Notes: generated from the letters alone by a model not told the origin. DNA of 35,383 nucleotides from Nitrosopumilaceae archaeon (GCA_900620265.3 UYNY03000113.1:17402-52784), one strand, 5' to 3'; positions 1 through 7,429 are shown, numbered from the stretch's first letter. Numbers and translations are program-made.

Positions 1-2
1 AG

Positions 3-2000
3 CAGCGGGGCATCACCATCTACCAGGCCAACGTCACCCTGCACTTTACCCGCAAGGACACAGAGTACGTCATCAACATGATAGACACCCCGGGCCACGT
101 CGACTTTAGCGGCAGGGTCATCCGCAGCCTGCGCGCGATCGACGGGGCGGTCGTCGTCTGCGACGCCGTCGAGGGGATAATGACGCAGACCGAGACGGTC
201 ACGAGGATGGCGCTCGAGGAGCGCGTCAGGCCTGTCCTCTTCATCAACAAGGTGGACCGCCTCATAAAGGAGCTCCGCCTCACCCCCGAAAAGATGCAGC
301 AGCAGCTCGCAGAGGTCGTCTCGAACTTTAACCAGCTTGTGGAGACGTACGCCGAGCCCGAGTACCGGGAAAAGTGGCGCGTCTCCATCCAGGACGCCAG
401 CGTCACGTTCGGGTCCGCAAAGGACAGGTGGGCGATCAACGTCGAGGCGATGAAGGAGCGCGGCATTACGTTCAAGGACGTCATCGACGCGTACGAGAGC
501 GACGGCGTGGCGGGGCTGGTCGAGAGGGCGCCGCTGGCCGACGCCGTCCTCGGCATGGTGGTCAGGCACCACCCGCCGCCGCACGAGGCCGTAAAGTACC
601 GCATCCCGCAGATCTGGAAGGGCGACCTCGAGTCCGACGTCGGCAGGGCGCTGCTCGCGTGCGACGACGACGGGCCCACCATCATGATGATAGTCAACAT
701 GGTGCTTGATCCGGCGGCCGGCCCCGTCGCCATCGGGCGCCTCTTCTCCGGGACGATAAAGGACGGGCAGACCGTCCGGATTATAGACGCAAAGCGCGAC
801 GGGCGCGTCCAGTCGGTGAACTTTTTCATGGGCAACCAGCGCGAGCAGGTCGGCGAGCTTGGCGCGGGCAACATACCGGCGCTGCTCGGGCTGACAGAGG
901 CGCGCGCCGGCAACACGCTTGCAAGCGTGTCGGACATGCCCATGTTCGAGGCGGTCAGGTACGTCTCGGAGCCGGTCGTCCAGGTGGCCGTCGAGCCAAA
1001 GCACCCAAAGGACCTGCCGCGCCTGGTCGAGGTGCTAAAGCAGCTGACCATCGAGGACCCCAACCTTGTCGTAAAGATAGACCAGGAGAGCGGCGAGACC
1101 ATAGTCGCCGGGATGGGCGTGCTGCACCTCGACGTCGCGACGCACCGCATCCAGGACGCAAAGGTGGAGATCGTGACGTCCGAGCCGCTAATCAACTACA
1201 GGGAGACGGTGCGCGGCGGGTGCGACGCGGTGATGTCAAAGTCGCCCAACAGGCACAACAAGATCTTCATGCGGGTCGAGCCGCTCGAGCCGGAGATAGC
1301 CCACATGCTGAGGACGGGCGAGATCAGCGACATGAAGGACAAAAAGCTCGTCTCGGACCTGCTCAAAAAGGCGGGCTGGGACACCGACACCATAAAGCGG
1401 GTGATGCGGCTCGACTCGCGCGGCAACGTGCTCATAAACGGGACAAAGGGCGTCCAGTTCGTCCAAGAGTCGACCGACTCGATAAACTCGGGGTTTGACG
1501 ACGTGATGAAGGAGGGCCCGCTCTGCAGGGAGCAGATGCGCGACTGCAAGTTCATATTCACGCACTTTGTGCCGCACGAGGACACCGCCCACAGGGGCCT
1601 CTCGCAGCTGGGGCCTGCCTCAAGGCGCGCCTGCATGGGGGCCCTGCTGACGGCGGGGACCGCGGTCCTTGAGCCCATGCTGGCCATCGAGGTGCGCGTC
1701 CCGACCGAGATGGTCGGCAGCGTGGCGACCGTCCTCTCCGGCAAGCGCGGCAAGGTGCTGGACATGTCCCAGAAGGGCGCGTCGAGCATCGTGACGGGCG
1801 AGATACCGGCGTCCGAGACGTTCACGCTGTCCGAGGAGCTGCGCGGGCAGACTGCCGGCAGGGCCACCTGGAACACGTCGTTCAAGGAGTGGACCGAGGT
1901 GCCAAAGTCGATGCTGTCCTCGGCCGTCTCTGACATACGCAAGAGGAAGGGGCTGGCGCCGGACCCGCCAAAGGCGGGCGACTTTATAGACAAGGAGTAG
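3..2000 (+). CDS. fusA: Translation elongation factor 2 (aEF-2), 5' end lies outside the window
   Basis: The frame is open from nt 3 (QRGITIYQANVTLHF..INMIDTPGHVDF, a GTPase DxxG switch motif). EF-2/EF-G-like domains continue to the stop at 1998-2000. The track ORF 78-2000 is only the first internal Met. Confidence 0.95.
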   Translation, partial: QRGITIYQANVTLHFTRKDTEYVINMIDTPGHVDFSGRVIRSLRAIDGAVVVCDAVEGIMTQTETVTRMALEERVRPVLFINKVDRLIKELRLTPEKMQQQLAEVVSNFNQLVETYAEPEYREKWRVSIQDASVTFGSAKDRWAINVEAMKERGITFKDVIDAYESDGVAGLVERAPLADAVLGMVVRHHPPPHEAVKYRIPQIWKGDLESDVGRALLACDDDGPTIMMIVNMVLDPAAGPVAIGRLFSGTIKDGQTVRIIDAKRDGRVQSVNFFMGNQREQVGELGAGNIPALLGLTEARAGNTLASVSDMPMFEAVRYVSEPVVQVAVEPKHPKDLPRLVEVLKQLTIEDPNLVVKIDQESGETIVAGMGVLHLDVATHRIQDAKVEIVTSEPLINYRETVRGGCDAVMSKSPNRHNKIFMRVEPLEPEIAHMLRTGEISDMKDKKLVSDLLKKAGWDTDTIKRVMRLDSRGNVLINGTKGVQFVQESTDSINSGFDDVMKEGPLCREQMRDCKFIFTHFVPHEDTAHRGLSQLGPASRRACMGALLTAGTAVLEPMLAIEVRVPTEMVGSVATVLSGKRGKVLDMSQKGASSIVTGEIPASETFTLSEELRGQTAGRATWNTSFKEWTEVPKSMLSSAVSDIRKRKGLAPDPPKAGDFIDKE

Positions 2001-2165
2001 GGGGCGGCAGGATCTCCCCGCCGCCCGGGCCGTGCCCCGGATCAACGCCCCTTTGATCCACACAGATGGGAATGAATGTCCGCACGCGCGGGGCCGCCGC
2101 CCAGACTCGCATGATCGTCATGGATTGGTCCAAGATATGTCAACGGCTGACGGGATACGCCATCA

Positions 2166-2870
2166 ATGACGGGTGCCGGAAGCGAGCTGTCCGGTGCGAC
2201 AACCATCCATGAGGGGCGCGTCAAGGAGGCGGTACGGCTTGCAGGGATCGTTCCACAGCCGTATCGCGAAAAGGCGTCCGAGATGATCTTTGGCACGGTG
2301 TGCCCCGCCGGCACGGGTACCGGAGGCGGCGGTGACAACACATGCTACAGAATGCCCGCTGCGGTAAGGGCGTTTCTGGCAAAGTTCGTAGTACCAGAGG
2401 TGAGAATTAATGGATATTATATGATAACCGGACCGGGCGGGGTCTTTCCCATGTGCAGGGTCGGGCAAAAGGTAATTGCAAGGGCACAGATCCAGATTGC
2501 CTGTATTCAGGCACCGGGGCAGGCACTGCTGGACGGAGGCTTTGAGTTTTCCATCGGGGAGGTCAGAGATGCGCGTAGGGGGATCGGGTGCTTTGGCTCC
2601 GGTGACCTTATGGCCAACTTTGGGAACAGGGCGGATCTCTTCAAATCACTGACGACGGGCATCATGCGGGGCTGTCGGGGCCGGGCAAGGAATATCCGGC
2701 CAATCTGCTGGATGATGCCTAGACCGAGCCCTAGTATTCCGTCAGAATGCTCTGGGCCGCCATTCGCTCCACAGCGGCTGCCCCCTCGGACGCCCCCATG
2801 GGAGGCCCCCCAAGGGGAGGCCCAAATAGATCCGGGTGATCAGATGGGATCCGCCCCGTGCTTGATGTGA
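2166..2870 (+). CDS. Doubtful hypothetical ORF (234 aa) in the EF-2/psmA spacer
   Basis: It is the only long ORF in 2001-2870. The sequence is Gly/Arg/Pro-rich with a low-complexity tail. I recognise no motif and see no TATA at leaderless distance, so it may be decayed or non-coding. Confidence 0.2.
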   Translation: MTGAGSELSGATTIHEGRVKEAVRLAGIVPQPYREKASEMIFGTVCPAGTGTGGGGDNTCYRMPAAVRAFLAKFVVPEVRINGYYMITGPGGVFPMCRVGQKVIARAQIQIACIQAPGQALLDGGFEFSIGEVRDARRGIGCFGSGDLMANFGNRADLFKSLTTGIMRGCRGRARNIRPICWMMPRPSPSIPSECSGPPFAPQRLPPRTPPWEAPQGEAQIDPGDQMGSAPCLM

Positions 2871-2897
2871 ACTCATACCGTGGGTAAGACTAAACAG

Positions 2898-2903
2898 TTA
2901 AAT
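2898..2903 (+). promoter_or_regulatory. TATA-like box (TTAAAT) for hicB
   Basis: An A/T hexamer about 24-27 nt upstream of ATG 2924/2927. Most independent genes in the window show the same spacing. Confidence 0.5.
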
Positions 2904-2923
2904 GATCTGCCCCCATCTGCTGC

Positions 2924-3187
2924 ATGATGCTGGCAGAGCAGACCGTATTCGAGGCCGTGATAGGTCGAAACGAGGAGGGGTATCTTGCTCTGATCCCGCA
3001 GCTGCCATCCTGTTCGGCATATGGGGAAACACTGACCAAGGCAATAAAGAACATCAGCGAGGTCGCGACCCTGTCGCTTGCACATGCCAGAAAGTACGGA
3101 TTTGCCGTGGGATCACACGAGGGGGAAGAATACCTCCGTGGGCAAGGATTCGACATTGTAGAGAAGCGCCCAATCCGCATAAAATAA
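2924..3187 (+). CDS. hicB: HicB-like antitoxin (UPF0150 / RNase H-like fold, short form without a DNA-binding tail)
   Basis: 87 aa. FEAVIGRNEEGYLALIPQLPSCSAYGETLTKAIKNISEV matches the HicB pattern (Y.A..P.LPGC...GET.EEA..N..EA). It lies in AT-rich DNA directly upstream of a HicA-like ORF. Confidence 0.7.
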   Translation: MMLAEQTVFEAVIGRNEEGYLALIPQLPSCSAYGETLTKAIKNISEVATLSLAHARKYGFAVGSHEGEEYLRGQGFDIVEKRPIRIK

Positions 3188-3236
3188 TCGAAATCATCCA
3201 TGAAAACTTTTTAAAGCACAGGCGCTCTTGATTCAT

Positions 3237-3485
3237 GTGCCTAAAAGACCAAGGAGGGGACAGAAAGCCACGGATGTATGCTACAAAGACGTCCTCAAAG
3301 TGATACGGATACTAGGTTTTAAACAGCAAAGCCAAGTTGGCAGCCACATGTTTTTTTCACATGATGATGGCAGGGCCACAACGGTGACACGTATGAACAG
3401 TTATGGAGAGGGGTTGTTTCATCTAATGTTAAGGCAGATGGGTCTGACACGGAGCGAGTTTTTTCATATTCTGGATGACCGATAG
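3237..3485 (+). CDS. hicA: HicA-like mRNA interferase toxin (YcfA family)
   Basis: KDVLKVIRILGFKQQSQVGSHMFFSHDDGRATTVTRMNSYGEGLFHLMLRQMGLTRSEFF fits the HicA dsRBD-like pattern with the GSH motif. The track start is TTG 3228. The in-frame GTG 3237 sits about 26 nt after a TTTTTAAA box (3208-3215), so it is preferred. Confidence 0.75.
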   Translation: MPKRPRRGQKATDVCYKDVLKVIRILGFKQQSQVGSHMFFSHDDGRATTVTRMNSYGEGLFHLMLRQMGLTRSEFFHILDDR

Positions 3486-3763
3486 CCGGGCGCCCGTCTG
3501 TCCTACACGCTCATCCAAGCCTTGGATCTCGGCGGCCCGTCCGGGCCCCGTCCGGGATGCCGCTGGCCGTCCGATTATTCGCTCCGCCGCCCCCCTCCCC
3601 CGCCGCCCGTTGCCGGCCGCCCCGCTTACGCGCCTGATCCGGAATCCCGCGCCCCCTGCGGGCGGGCCCGGTGGCGCCGTGGATCCCGCCCCATTCAAGA
3701 CCCCCCGCAGCCGGCGGGCCCCGACCCGGCGGCCGCCGCAGCGCCCGCTCCCACGCTAAAGGG

Positions 3764-3773
3764 TTAAATTAAA
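3764..3773 (+). promoter_or_regulatory. TATA box (TTAAATTAAA) for psmA
   Basis: The only A/T-rich patch in a roughly 300-nt GC-rich spacer. It is centred about 25 nt upstream of GTG 3793. Confidence 0.6.
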
Positions 3774-3792
3774 CGCCCATGGCGGCCGCCCC

Positions 3793-4527
3793 GTGATACC
3801 GGCACAGCAGGGATATGACAGGGCGATCACGATCTTCTCGCCTGACGGGCGCCTCTACCAGGTCGAGTACGCCATAGAGACGGTCCGCCGAGGAACGGTG
3901 GCCGTCGGGGTAAAGTGCTCAGAAGGGATCGTCATAGCCGCCGAGGAAAAGCCGCGCAAGCTCCAGATATCAGAGGGGCCACAAAAGCTCTTCCAGGTGG
4001 ACGACCACGTCGGGGTGGCCGCCGCCGGCTACATACCGGACGCCCGGAGCCAGGTGGACAACGCCCGGTTCTTCTCGCAGAGCAACAGGATGATATACGA
4101 CGAGCCGGTAGAGGTCGAGACCATCGCAAAGCACCTTGCCGACCAGTCACAGCAGTACACCCAGTACGCGGGCGTCAGGCCGTTCGGCGTCGCGCTGATA
4201 CTCGGCGGCGTCGTCTCCGGCAGGCCGCAGCTATACCTTACCGACCCGAGCGGCACGTACATCGCGTACGACGCGGTCGCCATAGGCGCCGGCTCCGACC
4301 AGGTCACCGACTTTTTGGAGAAAGAGTACACGGGCGGGATCTCGCTTGAGGACGCGTCCGTGCTCGCGGCCGCCGCCATATACCTGTCCAGCGACGACAA
4401 GGAGGGCAGCGACCACATCAAGATGGCGCGCATAAAGTCCGACACGGGGATCTATGAGCAGGTGCCGGAGGACGAGGCGGCCGGGTACGCCGGCTCGGCC
4501 AGGACAAAGTACCCGCACGAAAAGTAG
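3793..4527 (+). CDS. psmA: Proteasome subunit alpha
   Basis: GTG start. GYDRAITIFSPDGRLYQVEYAIETVRRGTVAVGVK is the canonical alpha-subunit N-terminus. 244 aa. Confidence 0.95.
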   Translation: MIPAQQGYDRAITIFSPDGRLYQVEYAIETVRRGTVAVGVKCSEGIVIAAEEKPRKLQISEGPQKLFQVDDHVGVAAAGYIPDARSQVDNARFFSQSNRMIYDEPVEVETIAKHLADQSQQYTQYAGVRPFGVALILGGVVSGRPQLYLTDPSGTYIAYDAVAIGAGSDQVTDFLEKEYTGGISLEDASVLAAAAIYLSSDDKEGSDHIKMARIKSDTGIYEQVPEDEAAGYAGSARTKYPHEK

Positions 4528-4530
4528 CGC

Positions 4531-5331
4531 ATGGTCTCGGTCGCAGTCCCCGGATCGTCCCTCTCCGACGAGCCGAACATGGAGGGCAGGGCCCGCAAGG
4601 CGTCCGTGATAGCCAGGGCGTGCGCAATATTTGCCGTCGACCAGGTGCTCGTCTATGCGGACGGGGACAGGCGAGATGGCGAGCGCCTGGCCGCGCTGCT
4701 CCGGTATGCAGAGGCGCCCCAGTACCTGCGGCGCGCGCTCTACCCGAGGACGGCCGCGCTCCGGTACGCCGGCGTGATGAGCCCGCTCGGGATAAGCAGC
4801 CACTCCGTGACGCCGGATCCGCGCAGGATCACGGCCGGTGATGCGCGCGAGGCCGTCGTCGTGTCGGCCAGGGGGCGCAGGTTCATAGACGCCGGGCTCG
4901 GGCGCCTGCTCCCGTACCACGGGCGCGCGCCGCCCGGCAGGAGGATCACGGTGATGTTCCGGGGCGGGCCGCCGGGGCTGCCGTACAAGGAGGTCGGCAG
5001 GTCCGAGGCGCCCGGGTACTGGGGGTACGTGGTGCGCGAGCGCGCCGGCCTGCGCAGGACGCTCGCAGAGTGGGAGGGGCGCGTCATAATAGCGTCAAGG
5101 CGCGGGAGGCCTGCTGGGCGCGCCCTGCGCGCGCCCCCTGACGGCGGCACGCTGCTCGTCTTTGGATCGCCCGAGCGCGACGTGCACGAGATACTCGGGG
5201 GGCGCGCCGGCGGGGTGCGCGACGCCACCACCGTGGACTTTTTCCCGGGCCAGTCCACGAGGACGGTGCGCCTCGAGGAGGCCCTGCTCGGGGCGCTGTC
5301 CGTGATAAACTCGATGGGGGGGACGTCCTGA
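4531..5331 (+). CDS. SPOUT-class RNA methyltransferase, DUF171 / C9orf114-like (COG2106)
   Basis: VSVAVPGSSLSDEPNMEGRARKASVIARACAIFAVDQVLVY matches the DUF171 N-terminal signature (SVAIPGS...ArAcaIF.VDEivVy). It begins 3 nt after the psmA stop. Confidence 0.7.
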   Translation: MVSVAVPGSSLSDEPNMEGRARKASVIARACAIFAVDQVLVYADGDRRDGERLAALLRYAEAPQYLRRALYPRTAALRYAGVMSPLGISSHSVTPDPRRITAGDAREAVVVSARGRRFIDAGLGRLLPYHGRAPPGRRITVMFRGGPPGLPYKEVGRSEAPGYWGYVVRERAGLRRTLAEWEGRVIIASRRGRPAGRALRAPPDGGTLLVFGSPERDVHEILGGRAGGVRDATTVDFFPGQSTRTVRLEEALLGALSVINSMGGTS

Positions 5332-5435
5332 TGGCCGAGGGCAGGGTGTTCCTGGCGCTTGCGGCCGGGATGGGCGCGTTCGGTGTAGCCATGGGGGCCG
5401 TCCTGATATGGGAGATGATAGGCAGCCTGCCGTGA
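5331..5435 (+). CDS. Candidate 34-aa hydrophobic micro-protein (MAEGRVFLALAAGMGAFGVAMGAVLIWEMIGSLP)
   Basis: Its ATG overlaps the SPOUT gene stop (TGATG at 5329-5333). It has a single predicted TM helix and is below the ORF-track length cut-off. Confidence 0.3.
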   Translation: MAEGRVFLALAAGMGAFGVAMGAVLIWEMIGSLP

Positions 5436-5481
5436 CGTATGAGACTCTCAGTGTGTGAAATAAGACGGGGTTGTATTATAA

Positions 5482-5492
5482 CCCCCCCCCCC
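5482..5492. repeat. C11 homopolymer tract
   Basis: Eleven consecutive C residues at the left edge of the AT-rich islet. Confidence 0.9.
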
Positions 5493-5596
5493 ATGCCATA
5501 AATAACAAGTTGGGCGTTTATATGCATGTAAAATCTGCCCTCGCGTGTTGCCTATTTTTTTCGATCACCGCTTCTGGTATCTTTCCGACCAATTGG

Positions 5597-5604
5597 TTTA
5601 TATA
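5597..5604 (+). promoter_or_regulatory. TATA box (TTTATATA) for the mini-antitoxin/GNAT pair
   Basis: Ends 23 nt before ATG 5627, which is the leaderless spacing seen elsewhere in the window. Confidence 0.55.
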
Positions 5605-5626
5605 CCAATCTACGAGGTCAATAGGC

Positions 5627-5758
5627 ATGGTAATGAGAACGGTGGGACCACTGGGAGAAAAGGCATGGGCAGAACTTGAGAGGGTTATGGATCTCCCACC
5701 CACAAAAAAGCAAAAGGAGATACTTGATGAGGCCAAACGGATTTTGGAATCGTCTTAA
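5627..5758 (+). CDS. Putative 43-aa antitoxin resembling only the C-terminal (toxin-binding) part of DUF1778/TacA
   Basis: MVMRTVGPLGEKAWAELERVMDLPPTKKQKEILDEAKRILESS. The stop overlaps the GNAT start (TAATG). The ..W..F/L...LD.PP....L pattern recalls the DUF1778 C-terminus. The 95-codon track version (5471-5758) has an implausible hydrophobic, Cys-rich N-terminus. Confidence 0.45.
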   Translation: MVMRTVGPLGEKAWAELERVMDLPPTKKQKEILDEAKRILESS

Positions 5759-6285
5759 TGTGTGATTTGATGTCAGTCGATTTTTCAGAATCCAAGCCCA
5801 TTTTACTGGATGCCAATATTAAAGGAGTCGATAGTTTTCACAACCAAAAATCAGAAATGGTAGAGCACCTTCAAAATTTAGCACTAAAAGATCAAAAAAA
5901 CAGAATCGGGATCACGTATGTTTGGCCGCATGATGGTCAGATTGCAGGATACGTGTCCGTGTCGATGTATTTGCTGCGTAGATCGCTTTTGACCAGAAGC
6001 CTAAAAAAACAGATCCGTTTTAAGGAGATTCCTGTTATGTTGTTGGGTCAGCTTGCAACACATACTGATTATCAAAAAAATGGGCTTGGAAAACGTATGG
6101 TGATATGGACCGTCTCTCTAGCACTAAAATATTCAAGAGAAATAGGATGCAGAGGAGTTGTATTACACTCGGATCCTTCACTTATTGAATGGTATAAAGA
6201 AAGATGTGGCTTTCATTACCTGCTAGATGATGAAGAAGTTGGCAACAGGAGAAATATCATGTATTTTGATTTAAATCACCTATAA
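5758..6285 (+). CDS. GNAT acetyltransferase, TacT/AtaT/KacT-like type II toxin
   Basis: IPVMLLGQLATHTDYQKNGLGKRMVIWTVSLALKYSREIGCRGVVLHSDPSLIEWYKERCGFHYL carries the acetyl-CoA Q/RxxGxG motif and the overall layout of GNAT toxins. It is translationally coupled to the small upstream ORF and lies in AT-rich DNA. Confidence 0.75.
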   Translation: MCDLMSVDFSESKPILLDANIKGVDSFHNQKSEMVEHLQNLALKDQKNRIGITYVWPHDGQIAGYVSVSMYLLRRSLLTRSLKKQIRFKEIPVMLLGQLATHTDYQKNGLGKRMVIWTVSLALKYSREIGCRGVVLHSDPSLIEWYKERCGFHYLLDDEEVGNRRNIMYFDLNHL

Positions 6286-6512
6286 AGCTGATCTTGAGAT
6301 CAGAGAACCCTATTATACTCTCGGACCTTGGAGATTCTCACTAGATATCCACAATCATCGCCCAAAAATGTGTACAGGTGTGGCAATTGAGGCTGCTCCA
6401 GTAGATACACGATCAGTACGTTCGTGTCAAGAGCGGTGTCGATATAATAACAGCCGGATCCCTGTTTGCCATGAGCATATTCCTATGACCTCTGAGAACC
6501 CAACCGGAAATA

Positions 6513-6520
6513 TTTATATT
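6513..6520 (+). promoter_or_regulatory. TATA box (TTTATATT) for the 6543 gene
   Basis: Centred about 26 nt upstream of ATG 6543. Confidence 0.5.
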
Positions 6521-6523
6521 CCA

Positions 6524-6540
6524 ACCAAGTGTAACTTGGT
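6524..6540. promoter_or_regulatory. 7-3-7 perfect inverted repeat ACCAAGT-GTA-ACTTGGT (candidate operator)
   Basis: Lies between the TATA box and ATG 6543, so it overlaps the expected transcription start. Confidence 0.45.
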
Positions 6541-6542
6541 AT

Positions 6543-7160
6543 ATGACGGCGGAACGGGCACGGGAGGAAAATACACCCCATACGGGGGGCGTGGACGACA
6601 TCGGGATGTCCATACTATCGCTGGTTGCCCACAACGAGGAAAAGTATGAAGAACCCGTTGGGAAGACTAGGCTTCGCAAGACGTTTTTTCTAATGACAGA
6701 GGAGCTGCCGTGTTTCAGGTCACGCCTGAACTACAAGCCCAAAAACCACGGCCCGTACAGCGATACGCTGGAAAAATGCATGGCTTATCTGATAGATCGC
6801 GACATGCTGGATGAAAGGCATGAGTCTGGCTACAAAAAAAACCTGTATATCACGGAGCATGGACGCAAACTACTTGGAGGCGCCTTGTCCAATATTGGCA
6901 ACGATGTCATAATTTTGCTCCCGCAGATAAACGACTTTCTTAACGGCATGAGCCATGATGAAATGCTCGCATATGTCGACTTGAAATATCCGGGAATGGC
7001 CAAAAACTCCGACAAATACCATGATTTGATAAAACCCAATGCGCTTATTCCTGTAATGGGGCTGATCGAAAAGAGAAAGATCACGGCACAATGCGGCGCG
7101 GAGTTACTTGGAATTACATACACCGAGATGTATAAAAAACTGGGTGAAAGGCTGGAATAG
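6543..7160 (+). CDS. Antitoxin-like protein: N-terminal wHTH (DUF4065/Panacea-like, tentative) fused to a C-terminal UPF0175-like HTH
   Basis: TRLRKTFFLMTEE...KNHGPYSDTLEKCMAYLIDRDMLDE...LYITEHGRKLL resembles Panacea/wHTH. IPVMGLIEKRKITAQCGAELLGITYTEMYKKLGER matches the UPF0175 pattern (klS.g.AAelaG.s..ef..lL.erG). Confidence 0.5.
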   Translation: MTAERAREENTPHTGGVDDIGMSILSLVAHNEEKYEEPVGKTRLRKTFFLMTEELPCFRSRLNYKPKNHGPYSDTLEKCMAYLIDRDMLDERHESGYKKNLYITEHGRKLLGGALSNIGNDVIILLPQINDFLNGMSHDEMLAYVDLKYPGMAKNSDKYHDLIKPNALIPVMGLIEKRKITAQCGAELLGITYTEMYKKLGERLE

Positions 7161-7250
7161 ATGCACATACTGGACGCGTCGGCAATAATGTCAATTTGTG
7201 ATCAATCGGGGGCCGGCTGGCTGACGGACGGGGTGCCGGAATCGCCCTGA
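7161..7250 (+). pseudogene. Truncated PIN-domain (VapC-like) toxin remnant
   Basis: The ATG directly abuts the TAG of the antitoxin-like gene. MHILDASAIMSICDQ is a typical PIN N-terminus with the first acidic residue. At about 7207 the DNA switches to GC-rich and the frame stops after 29 codons. Confidence 0.4.
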
Positions 7251-7422
7251 CGGTACGGCCGCCGCCATTTCCAACCGCGCCCCGGGCGATCACGGGCGCC
7301 AAGGCCCGCCGGCCATGTGGCGGGCCGGCCGCCGCGATCCGGATCGGGGGCGCCAACATGCCGCCCCCCGTCCGGAACCGTGCCGCGGTCCCGGGCGGTT
7401 CCCCCTGTCCGCCCCCACATGG

Positions 7423-7429
7423 TTTAAAA
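7423..7429 (+). promoter_or_regulatory. TATA box (TTTAAAA) of the ribosomal protein operon
   Basis: The only A/T patch in GC-rich DNA. It is centred about 27 nt upstream of ATG 7454. Confidence 0.6.

Noticed and set aside
20-1195. 391-aa minus-strand ORF antisense to EF-2, plus the smaller overlapping ORFs at 374-709, 955-1161, 1196-1993 and 1620-2063.
   Set aside because: The plus frame has unmistakable EF-2 motifs. The antisense and alternative frames are Ser/Arg/Pro-rich, and they stay open only because of high GC3.
3475-3767. Pro/Arg/Ala-rich ORFs (81-94 aa on both strands) in the spacer upstream of psmA.
   Set aside because: They are mutually overlapping frames in very GC-rich DNA with low-complexity products. 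I treat the region as a non-coding spacer ending in the psmA TATA box.
6368-6649. 93-aa ORF in the islet spacer, overlapping the start of the 6543 gene.
   Set aside because: It has no recognisable motif and an odd composition, and it overlaps a better-supported ORF with its promoter and operator. It is probably spurious.
7303-7326. 8-bp GC hairpin (GGCCCGCC...GGCGGGCC) and similar short GC stems in the 7207-7420 spacer.
   Set aside because: In DNA that is about 75% GC by hand count, such stems are expected by chance. There is no repetition or positional logic.
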